A stretch of 64,000 bases of DNA, from the NCBI GenBank assembly GCA_964394685.1, contig CAYMYO010000003.1, forward strand, positions 16,218 through 80,217. Direction: 5' to 3'. The translations under genes were made by a program, and so were the position numbers. Below, one piece after another: positions 53,466 to 61,833 of the stretch. The stretch is from an uncultured Gammaproteobacteria bacterium. Its GTDB lineage: Bacteria > Patescibacteriota > Microgenomatia > UBA10105 > UBA927. Each line of letters opens with the position of its first letter. The stretch's first letter is position 1. The notes under the pieces are model-generated. The model worked only from the letters and a program-made list of their open reading frames with translations. It searched no databases and was not told the origin of the DNA.

Positions 53466-54225
53466 AGATATGTCTCAATATTACAATCCAAACCGCGTGA
53501 GGAATAAATACGACTCGGGCGCAAAAGAGCTGTTCAGGTTGAGTCGGGGGAAGATTGATTTATTTATTAATTGTCCTCGTTGTTTTTATCTTGACCGCAA
53601 GCTTGGCGTCAAACAGCCGCCGGGATATCCGTTTTCTCTCAATTCCGCTGTCGATAAACTTCTCAAGAAGGAATTCGACATCCATCGAGCCAAAGGCACA
53701 CCACATCCGCTCATGAAAGCCTACGGCATAGATGCTGTACCACTTGCTCACAAGAAGATTGATGAATGGCGGGACTCACTAAGAGCTGGTATTACGTTTC
53801 AGATTGAAGGAACGAATGTAGTCGTTACCGGTGGCGTTGATGATGTATGGGTAAAACCTGATGGAGAATATATTATCGTTGATTACAAGGCGACATCAAA
53901 GGATGCGGAAGTGACACTCGATGCTGATTGGCAAATAGGATACAAACGGCAGATGGAAATATATCAATGGTTGTTTAGAAAAAACGGCTTCAAAGTATCT
54001 TCAACGGGATATTTTGTTTACTGTAACGGCGATGCTGATAAAGATGCTTTTGATGGTAAATTAGAGTTCGATATTAAAATTATTCCTTATACTGGCGATG
54101 ATTCTTGGGTCGAAAAAACAATTCTTGATGCGATTGAATGTCTCAAGGGAAATAAACTACCTGCACCTGGATTAGACTGCGATTACTGTAAATATCGTCA
54201 AGCCGTAAAGAAATTTGAGCAGTAG
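53434..54225 (+). CDS. Cas4-like PD-(D/E)xK nuclease family protein with 4-Cys cluster
   Basis: N-terminal CPRCFYLD, catalytic-core-like GGVDDVW...YIIVDYKAT (D...D/E.K), and C-terminal CDYCKY give the Cas4/RecB-nuclease-like Cys arrangement. Likely start at MSQYY (53470). Confidence 0.55.
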   Translation: MLTKKQKIKNKDMSQYYNPNRVRNKYDSGAKELFRLSRGKIDLFINCPRCFYLDRKLGVKQPPGYPFSLNSAVDKLLKKEFDIHRAKGTPHPLMKAYGIDAVPLAHKKIDEWRDSLRAGITFQIEGTNVVVTGGVDDVWVKPDGEYIIVDYKATSKDAEVTLDADWQIGYKRQMEIYQWLFRKNGFKVSSTGYFVYCNGDADKDAFDGKLEFDIKIIPYTGDDSWVEKTILDAIECLKGNKLPAPGLDCDYCKYRQAVKKFEQ

Positions 54226-54251
54226 TATGGTATGGACGGTAAGGAGAAAAA

Positions 54252-55556
54252 ATGGATCTACTGACAAAATCATTGAACAGTTTTAGTTTTGAAGACATCG
54301 TTGCTTTTCAAAAACAGAATCATCCGGAAGGCACAGAACTCGATTATAAAAAAGATTTTCCAGATAAGGGATTAGCAAAAATTATTGCGTCGCTTGCCAA
54401 CACAAGGGGCGGAGTGATAATTCTTGGTATTGAAGAAGATGAAAAAACTGGATTACCAATAGGTGCCGATGGTATCGTTCCCGGAAAACATGAAGACAGG
54501 GTATATCAATTTGTCGGGAATATTAATCCTATTCCGAAAATTGTATGCAATACAACCAATGAGGTTAATGGAAAAGTTTTTGTGCTAATCAGAGTGTTTG
54601 AGGGTGATGAAACACCATACTATGCGCATAACGATTCAAATATATGGATTAGAACAGGAAATATATGTAAACCGATTGATATTGTGTCACCGGAGGGCGC
54701 GGAACTTTTGTTTAAGAAGAGCGAGCGAGCAGAGATGGGAAGAATGCAAAATCGAGACGCAGCGGAAAGTAACCTACAGTCCTTTTTGAAAAGAGCAGAA
54801 AAACAACGGTTACGTGAGATTGAAATAGAAAAAGAAAATTATGAAACTAAAAAAAGACAACACGAGGACGGTGATAACTTTCCTCCCTTTAAATCTCAAA
54901 TTGTTCAATCGCCAATCGGACAGAAGGTTTCGTTATTAAAAATATTGGTACAACCATATTATCCGCATGGAGAATTTATCCGTCCGTTAGATATTGAGCC
55001 AATTATTCTTGAGGCTAGGAGCAGGAATGCTATTTACGAATTTCCAGCCAACCAGATGTATGAGTCTATAACTGAAGGAATGGTTTATTTCGATTGGTCG
55101 CGAGGAGATGGAGAGGTACAATCTCAACAGATATTTGCTAATGGGTTGGGATATAGCGTTCATGATGTTTTGCGCCCTACACGTGAAGGTCGACCAGTAA
55201 CTCATCTTGGTTGGCTAGCAGGAGAGGTGTATATAACATTGGTTGGAATGAAGAAAATTCTAGAAAAATTTGGCTATCAGGGAACACTAATAGGTAAAGT
55301 GTCAATTGATAATATTGAAGGAGTAATAATTAATCCAATAATAGAAAGAATGTTTCCCGATAATAAAACTTCCGTTTTTGCTCATAGAACTTGGCCGCTA
55401 CGACTTGATACAAGAATTTTATCCGAATCAGAAAAGCTTCAAGAATACGTAACCGAGTTGGTTCGGGACATCCATTGGTCGTTTGGCTATAAAGACGTTT
55501 CAAGACAAATTACGATGAAATATTTATTTGAAAAGGGATATTTGAAAGAAAGTTAA
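54252..55556 (+). CDS. AlbA_2 (Schlafen-like divergent AAA / putative DNA-binding) domain protein
   Basis: N-terminal EDIVAFQKQNHPEGTELDYKKDF...LAKIIASLANTRGGVIILGIEED matches the AlbA_2 (PF04326-like) consensus. 434 aa with an uncharacterised C-terminal half. Confidence 0.6.
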   Translation: MDLLTKSLNSFSFEDIVAFQKQNHPEGTELDYKKDFPDKGLAKIIASLANTRGGVIILGIEEDEKTGLPIGADGIVPGKHEDRVYQFVGNINPIPKIVCNTTNEVNGKVFVLIRVFEGDETPYYAHNDSNIWIRTGNICKPIDIVSPEGAELLFKKSERAEMGRMQNRDAAESNLQSFLKRAEKQRLREIEIEKENYETKKRQHEDGDNFPPFKSQIVQSPIGQKVSLLKILVQPYYPHGEFIRPLDIEPIILEARSRNAIYEFPANQMYESITEGMVYFDWSRGDGEVQSQQIFANGLGYSVHDVLRPTREGRPVTHLGWLAGEVYITLVGMKKILEKFGYQGTLIGKVSIDNIEGVIINPIIERMFPDNKTSVFAHRTWPLRLDTRILSESEKLQEYVTELVRDIHWSFGYKDVSRQITMKYLFEKGYLKES

Positions 55557-55572
55557 AAACAGTAATATTATT

Positions 55573-56349
55573 ATGAACCAATCAACTTTATCAGAAATAA
55601 TTAAGACCGAATTAGGATTAATCGAAAATGCGCCCAATAAATACAAAGATTTTTATCATCATGCGCTTCAATCAATTAACTTACTACAATCTTTTATTAT
55701 TTCTGTAAAAAATGAAGGGTGGTTTTTTGTGGCCTTTCTGTCGCATATAAAAAAGCATCAATTACTTTCGTTGTTATCAATAATTAGAAGACATCATGTC
55801 CAGACCGTAATGAATTTACGGCAAGTATTAGAATCAGGGGTAAGTGCCTCATATGTATTAGCAAATCCGAATATCGATGATTTTGCAATAATTACGCCTG
55901 AAGGCTTGCTAGATGTCAAAGAAGAATTGAAGAGTAGAAGGTATAAATGGTTAGAAAAAAACTATCCCAAAGGATCTGGTGCTATTAAAGCTATGAAAAA
56001 ACAAATGCAGTTGTCCAGTCATTCCAATATTGTTGATACACAAAGAACTTTCAAATATGAAGAAATTGACGGCGCGTCTCAATTAAAGACGTCTTTTTTT
56101 GATCTCGAAAATGAATTTCAAGAAAAAGCGGATTTGTGGGCTACTGCAAATATCGTAATGGGATTAATGGATTTATTCTATGGAATAAACATGAAGCAAA
56201 AAGTTCTTACTTTCTCACCAGCATTTATAGAAGAATTGCAGAATTTGGATAAGGAAAGTAAAAGGCTGAAAGAAATTATTATGAATACTCCCAATTTTAA
56301 AAGAGCTGATAAAATTGCAAAAAAGAGAGATAAAAGGATTAATTATTAA
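55573..56349 (+). CDS. hypothetical protein (last gene of 5-gene operon)
   Basis: 258 aa, 16 nt downstream of the AlbA_2 gene. No motifs recognised. Confidence 0.3.
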   Translation: MNQSTLSEIIKTELGLIENAPNKYKDFYHHALQSINLLQSFIISVKNEGWFFVAFLSHIKKHQLLSLLSIIRRHHVQTVMNLRQVLESGVSASYVLANPNIDDFAIITPEGLLDVKEELKSRRYKWLEKNYPKGSGAIKAMKKQMQLSSHSNIVDTQRTFKYEEIDGASQLKTSFFDLENEFQEKADLWATANIVMGLMDLFYGINMKQKVLTFSPAFIEELQNLDKESKRLKEIIMNTPNFKRADKIAKKRDKRINY

Positions 56350-56894
56350 ATAATAGTTTGAAGAAGAGGATCTATTTGTTGGCGCAACATATTTTCATCA
56401 TATGTTTCAGCTACTTGAATTGCGAGAAATTTAATTCCAGCTTTAGTTAATACGCTTTCAACTTTTTGATCCCTATTTCTTCGGTTGAATTGTAGATGCG
56501 ATTTGCCGTTGAGTTCAATTGCAATTACGGGTGACATGACTTCTTTATCAAATAGCACAAAGTCTAATGAGAGATGGTCAATCAGCCGGTACAGATTATC
56601 ATGGTCCTTTACGTCGTTTTTAACATCCAAAATTGCAGCAAGGCGCACCTGTGGGTATGTGTAGTATTTGTCGCCATAGAGTTTCACAAGGATATCGAAA
56701 AATTGCCGTTCATCTGCACGCATAATTGAGGGTTTTTTGGAGAAGAAACCACGTATGTCTGCCAGATCCAGAAGCTCATCGCGCGTTTTATTGTATTTAT
56801 CTTTGTAGTAAATAGCGATCCAGGCAAAAATGACAATGAAGCCGATAAGGAAAACGAACGCTGTATTGTTAAGAGTAGTGGTTAGTATGGGCAT
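56346..56894 (-). CDS. DUF2726-family (PD-(D/E)xK-like) protein with N-terminal TM
   Basis: LSLDFVLFDKEVMSPVIAIELNGKSH...IKFLAIQV matches the DUF2726 core (D..l.d....v.aIElDG.sH). N-terminal TM anchor. Confidence 0.55.
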   Translation of the reverse strand: MPILTTTLNNTAFVFLIGFIVIFAWIAIYYKDKYNKTRDELLDLADIRGFFSKKPSIMRADERQFFDILVKLYGDKYYTYPQVRLAAILDVKNDVKDHDNLYRLIDHLSLDFVLFDKEVMSPVIAIELNGKSHLQFNRRNRDQKVESVLTKAGIKFLAIQVAETYDENMLRQQIDPLLQTII

Positions 56895-56962
56895 ATATTT
56901 ACTATAGAGCTTCTCAGGGTATAATCAAAGGGATTTCAGTATAGATCGTTCCTCTAATAACT

Positions 56963-57400
56963 ATGAATCAAACAGACGCCTTGCTTCAAGGTCAATTTGG
57001 ACAATACATAAAGAAGCTCGAAGAGTTTGAAAAGAAATACGGTGTGGCGTGGGTAAGGAGTAAATACGCGGATTTTCCCACGAAAGACAATCCATATTAT
57101 GAATTTGCAAAAAAGATGCATGCAGCGTACTTATACCGACAAAAAAGAAACAGGCCTTCAGAAAAACCCATTCATGAAGTCAGCATCACAAGGAATGCCC
57201 TTAAAAAGATGCATAAGGAGAAGTTTGGTATTTCCAACCAATTGCTAAATTCTTTAGCAGGATTTAATAGCGGCGGTGGTAAAATAGCTCACTCCTCTGA
57301 GGAGTTTTACGATGGCTGGATTGCATTTAATTCCAAGAATATACATAATCCCAAAATAAAAACTATTGTTGAGGAGGCGGCTGTAAAAAAGATGAAGTGA
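56963..57400 (+). CDS. hypothetical protein, co-transcribed with RNaseH-helicase gene
   Basis: 145 aa. 4-nt overlap (ATGA) with the downstream gene. Confidence 0.3.
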   Translation: MNQTDALLQGQFGQYIKKLEEFEKKYGVAWVRSKYADFPTKDNPYYEFAKKMHAAYLYRQKRNRPSEKPIHEVSITRNALKKMHKEKFGISNQLLNSLAGFNSGGGKIAHSSEEFYDGWIAFNSKNIHNPKIKTIVEEAAVKKMK

Positions 57401-59244
57401 TGAAAAAGATCTCTCATTTTATTAGCAACAGAGAAAAAAAAGTAAAAAAGTATATCGATCGAAACGGACTAACGGGGAAGAGAGTAAAAGTAAAGAGAGT
57501 GAGGCCAGTAAAGCCCGTAGGCAAGGAAATTCTTGAGTCCTCTGAAACTATCGATGTCTATTACATCACGGGGGGAGGTTCAAATGCTACGATTCATGAC
57601 GCTGCATCCATATCGGTAGTCAAAAATGGAAACATTTTTATTCAAAAGAATATTGAGGGCAAGACGGCAAATGAGGCAGAATATTTAGCACTCATCGAAG
57701 CGTTGCGCGATGTTGGTGATAAAAGGGCGGTCATTTACAGCAATTCGCAGTTGGTGGTGTTTACGGTTACCAATTACTACAAGATGAAAGCGGAAAATTT
57801 GAAACCTCTATATAAACAAGCTAGGGATCTAATTGATGGAAAGAATGTTGATATTTTATGGATTTCCTATTTCAAAAATAAGGCGGTTGATCAGCATGCG
57901 CAGCATTCTTTTAAATCCCAACCGAAACAGAGATTAAATGAAAGACGCATCGATATATCAGACATCACTTTAAGTTCAGAACAAAAAGAACTATTTGAAT
58001 TACTTGAAAAGGCGAATAATCACTATTTTTTTACGGGTAAAGCTGGAACAGGCAAATCTGTATTGCTTCAATACTTTCGTCAAAAGTCAGAAAAACACAT
58101 TGTTGTATGTGCGCCGACAGGTGTGGCCGCTCTGAATATTGGGGGGCAAACTATTCATTCGCTTTTTAAAATACCTCCTGGGTTTGTGAAAAAAGATAGT
58201 CTGAAAATTGAGAAAAGAACGGCTAAGTTGTTAAAACATATTGATTCCGTGGTTATTGACGAGGTTTCTATGGTGAGTCCTGATTTGATGGATGCGATGG
58301 ATCATCTCCTGAGGCAGGCGAGAAATAGCACTGTGCCGTTTGGAGGAGTACAAATGGTTATGTTTGGTGATTTGTATCAGCTACCTCCAGTGTTGACGGA
58401 TAAAGAACTTTATGAGTATTTTGAGAAAAATTACGGGGGATATTTTTTCTTCAACGCGCATGTTTGGCAACGCACTTCGTTTGAAATTCGGGAATTAACA
58501 ACGATTTTTCGGCAAAAAGATGAGGATTTTAAAATAATACTTAATGCAATAAGAGAGGGAACTATTACCGATGAGCAACTTGCGCTACTAAATAAGAGAA
58601 CTGTTGCAGCACCTTCGGAGGGCGTTGTGATTCTAGCAACCATAAATGTGTCAGTTGCCAAAATTAACGAGATGAGACTCTCGAAGCTTGAAGCAACGGT
58701 GTATGAATACGAGGCTGAGATAGAGGGAAGTCTTGAAAAGTCAGCGTTTCCTGCTGACGAAGTGTTACGTTTGAAAAAGGGAGCACAGGTAATGTTGCTT
58801 AGAAATGATAAGGAGAAGCGATGGGTTAATGGATCAATGGGATATATACATTCCCTTACTGATACGATAATACAAGTGAGTATTGATGGTGTTAACTATA
58901 CGATTCCAAAAGAGACATGGAAAAAAATACGATACAACTTTAATCAAACTACAAATAGTATTGAAGAAGAGGTTGTCAGTTCATTTACGCAATTTCCGTT
59001 GAAACTTGCCTGGGCGATCACTATTCATAAATCACAGGGACAAACATATACGACAGTAGCTATAGATATGGGAAGAGGCGCATTTGCCTCTGGACAAGCA
59101 TATGTTGCGTTAAGCAGGTGTCGAACGCTTGATGGTATTTATTTGAAAAGACCGATATTGCGACAAGATATTATTGTGGAATCGAAAATTAAGGATTTTA
59201 TGAAGAATACTATCCATTTACAAATTCCGCCCAATTTGGGTTAA
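57397..59244 (+). CDS. RNase H-like domain fused to PIF1/RecD-family (AAA_30) helicase
   Basis: N-terminal RNase H block (YITGGGSNA...TANEAEYLALIEALRDV...YSNSQLVV). Helicase Walker A FFTGKAGTGKSVLL, Walker B VIDEVSMV. C-terminal ITIHKSQGQTY...ALSRCRTL is typical of PIF1/RecD-type helicases. Confidence 0.65.
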   Translation: MMKKISHFISNREKKVKKYIDRNGLTGKRVKVKRVRPVKPVGKEILESSETIDVYYITGGGSNATIHDAASISVVKNGNIFIQKNIEGKTANEAEYLALIEALRDVGDKRAVIYSNSQLVVFTVTNYYKMKAENLKPLYKQARDLIDGKNVDILWISYFKNKAVDQHAQHSFKSQPKQRLNERRIDISDITLSSEQKELFELLEKANNHYFFTGKAGTGKSVLLQYFRQKSEKHIVVCAPTGVAALNIGGQTIHSLFKIPPGFVKKDSLKIEKRTAKLLKHIDSVVIDEVSMVSPDLMDAMDHLLRQARNSTVPFGGVQMVMFGDLYQLPPVLTDKELYEYFEKNYGGYFFFNAHVWQRTSFEIRELTTIFRQKDEDFKIILNAIREGTITDEQLALLNKRTVAAPSEGVVILATINVSVAKINEMRLSKLEATVYEYEAEIEGSLEKSAFPADEVLRLKKGAQVMLLRNDKEKRWVNGSMGYIHSLTDTIIQVSIDGVNYTIPKETWKKIRYNFNQTTNSIEEEVVSSFTQFPLKLAWAITIHKSQGQTYTTVAIDMGRGAFASGQAYVALSRCRTLDGIYLKRPILRQDIIVESKIKDFMKNTIHLQIPPNLG

Positions 59245-59472
59245 GGACAGCTGTTGAGTGAATATAAAGAATCGGTTAAAGACTTGAGAAGTAGAATATA
59301 TCAAACTACATCATAAGAATTTGAGACATTCCCTTTTTATACTGTCTCATTTGTCTCATTTAGCCACGACTACGGGACATGAAAAACGCTGAATCTGGTA
59401 CAATACTACATTAGGAGTATAGAGAGACTAAGGGATACAAGAGTTCCCAACTCGTATGCTCCGCCACGATTT

Positions 59473-59889
59473 ATGAAATTTAATACACTACTTCCCGAAT
59501 TATACGTTTTGGATTTTGATGAGAGTCTGTTTTTTTATCGGGATATCCTTGGGTGGTCCGTCGAATATACCCGAGAGGATCCGAAATTTGCGTTTTTGTC
59601 ATACGGTAAAAGTCAGTTGATGATTCAAGAGTTACAACCTGGAGAAAAGGAAAAAGAAAAATTGGATTATCCGTTCGGTCGAGGCATTAACTTTCAAATC
59701 GAGACAGGTAGCGTGCAGAAAATAATCGATTCATTAAAAAAGCATCAGTATCCATTAAAACGGGGGATTAAAGACAGCTGGTATCAGGGAGATGGGATAA
59801 GCTATGGCTGTCGAGAGATATTAGTACAAGACCCGGATGGATATCTGTTACGTTTTTCTGAAGATTTGGGTGAAAAAAGCAGCGCTTAA
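59473..59889 (+). CDS. VOC/glyoxalase-bleomycin resistance family protein
   Basis: N-terminal LYVLDFDESLFFYRDILGW pattern typical of the VOC fold. 138 aa. Confidence 0.5.
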   Translation: MKFNTLLPELYVLDFDESLFFYRDILGWSVEYTREDPKFAFLSYGKSQLMIQELQPGEKEKEKLDYPFGRGINFQIETGSVQKIIDSLKKHQYPLKRGIKDSWYQGDGISYGCREILVQDPDGYLLRFSEDLGEKSSA

Positions 59890-59913
59890 TATAGGTTATA
59901 ATACTGTCAATTA

Positions 59914-60696
59914 ATGAATAAGAAAACAATACTTCTTACCGGGGATGATGGGTATAACTCGATCGGAACGAGATTGCTGATCCATTTTTTAAAAAATGAT
60001 TTCGATCTTGCCATTGTTGGAACGCTCAAACAGCAAAGCGGTGTCGGCGGGTTTAAATCCATTCAGCTAACTGGCACATGGGGAAAAGAAACGGTTGACG
60101 GAATACAAACGTTTTGGATAGACGGATCTCCCGTTGATGCAATGGAGCTAGGGAAAGATGTGTTTCCAGTTCCATTTGACTATATCATTTCCGGTATTAA
60201 TTTGGGAGCAAATATTGGAGGATGTTTAGTAACTTCAGGAACATTTTCAGCTGCCGCACATGGAGTAAATCTTGGAATAGCTCGTCGGGCTATTGCAATC
60301 AGTTGGGATACGCCTGCATCATTTCATTTCCGAAACCATTCAATCAAAGACGATTTTTCTTCATATCTTGCGCATCCTGGAAAAGCAGCGTACAGAGTTT
60401 TAAAAGATGTTATATCGAATGCGTGTTGGGGAGCTGATATTGTTAACATCAATCTTCCACAACACCCAACAACAACCGTTGAGTTTGTTAAGCCGTTGAA
60501 AGATATATATACCCTGTGGCCAAGCATTAAACTGAACAAGAAAACAAAAACGTATTCATATATGAAAGGAAATATGTCAACGCATCTTGGAGCGAAAGAT
60601 ACTGATGTGCAAGCATTAGCGCGAGGACACATTGCGGTTTCGCCCTGTCAGTCAACCTATTTTCATACAATGGCATATAAGAAAATGGTAAAATAA
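59914..60696 (+). CDS. surE: 5'/3'-nucleotidase SurE
   Basis: N-terminal ILLTGDDGYNSIG (SurE ILxTNDDG motif). 260 aa. Confidence 0.7.
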   Translation: MNKKTILLTGDDGYNSIGTRLLIHFLKNDFDLAIVGTLKQQSGVGGFKSIQLTGTWGKETVDGIQTFWIDGSPVDAMELGKDVFPVPFDYIISGINLGANIGGCLVTSGTFSAAAHGVNLGIARRAIAISWDTPASFHFRNHSIKDDFSSYLAHPGKAAYRVLKDVISNACWGADIVNINLPQHPTTTVEFVKPLKDIYTLWPSIKLNKKTKTYSYMKGNMSTHLGAKDTDVQALARGHIAVSPCQSTYFHTMAYKKMVK

Positions 60697-60701
60697 AGGA
60701 T

Positions 60702-61298
60702 ATGGAATACAATAGACAACAATTTTTTGAAGTGTTACAAAAACAGCTTGAACCGAACATTCTCAATCATTCACTCGCTGTGGAAGCCTGTATGGATGGG
60801 ATATATGAATATCTTGCCTCTCAACAGCAATTAGGGAGTAATGAACCTATCAAAGAAGATTGGCTTCTTGCTGGGCTCATTCATGATATTGATTACGGAG
60901 GAGAGTTTAAAAATGACCATCCGTTTAAGCTCAAAGAAGCATTGCAAAAATGTCAGTTAGAAATATCACCTGTTGTTGAGAAGATTATCCGTGCTCATGC
61001 TGCATCTCACTTTAAAATAACTCCATCTAATAAAGCGGAGTGGGCAATATATTGTGCTGATAGTTTAACTGGTCTTATTATGGCCGTAGCTTTCGTTTAC
61101 CCCTCACGAAAGCTGGCTGACGTAAAAATATCCTCAGTAATAAAACGATTTTTAAAACAACCAAATTTTGCTGCTGGAACAAGACGAAATGAGGTAGCGG
61201 AGTGTAGTAAATCTGAAGGACTTGCTATTCCACTCGAAAAATTTATTGAAATTTGTCTTTTATCCATGCAGAAAATCGCAGATCAAATCGGTTTATGA
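60702..61298 (+). CDS. HD-domain protein
   Basis: H..(A)..C and LIHDIDYGGEF (HD motif) metal-binding residues. 198 aa. Confidence 0.45.
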   Translation: MEYNRQQFFEVLQKQLEPNILNHSLAVEACMDGIYEYLASQQQLGSNEPIKEDWLLAGLIHDIDYGGEFKNDHPFKLKEALQKCQLEISPVVEKIIRAHAASHFKITPSNKAEWAIYCADSLTGLIMAVAFVYPSRKLADVKISSVIKRFLKQPNFAAGTRRNEVAECSKSEGLAIPLEKFIEICLLSMQKIADQIGL

Positions 61299-61765
61299 TT
61301 ACCTGTACGTTTGAAAATGGAAACACCAATTCTCTTCGACATGTTGTTGTTCACATGATTGTTGAAAAAGACGGATGTTTACTGTTGGAAAAACGTGATG
61401 GACCAATTTTGGAAACCGGGAAATGGAGTTTACCAGCCGGATTTCTTGATCGAGGAGAAACAGCAGTGGAATGTGCTGTGCGGGAATTGAAAGAAGAAAC
61501 AGGGTGGATTGGAGAGGTTGTAAAACTGTTTAAAATTAACACCAGCCCCAATCGTCCAAAAGAGGATCGTCAGAATGTAACGATTGAATTTATTGTAAAA
61601 CCCACTAAAAAAGTCGGTGAAAAAGATTGGGAGTCGTCAAAAGTAGAATGGATTCCTTTTGACAAACTGCTTCCGTATGATGAGTATGCATTTGACCATG
61701 GAGAAACAATCAAGCAATATCTTGAATATCGGAAAAAATCATTCCAACTACCAATCCTTATTTGA
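61253..61765 (+). CDS. NUDIX hydrolase
   Basis: Nudix box GFLDRGETAVECAVRELKEETGW (Gx5Ex7REUxEExGU). Probable start at the internal Met (about 61295). Confidence 0.65.
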   Translation: MSFIHAENRRSNRFMITCTFENGNTNSLRHVVVHMIVEKDGCLLLEKRDGPILETGKWSLPAGFLDRGETAVECAVRELKEETGWIGEVVKLFKINTSPNRPKEDRQNVTIEFIVKPTKKVGEKDWESSKVEWIPFDKLLPYDEYAFDHGETIKQYLEYRKKSFQLPILI

Positions 61766-61833
61766 AATTTTATTTTTTTGTGGTATTCTTCCCATACGAG
61801 TAATGTAAGACTGTTTTTGAGAGGTGTATTGAT

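Noticed and set aside
50190-59472. Looked for an integrase/recombinase and att direct repeat delimiting the tRNA-adjacent island
   Set aside because: No tyrosine or serine recombinase motifs were seen in any ORF. There is no convincing repeat of the tRNA-Ser 3' end at the right border, so the island call remains inference from gene content only.
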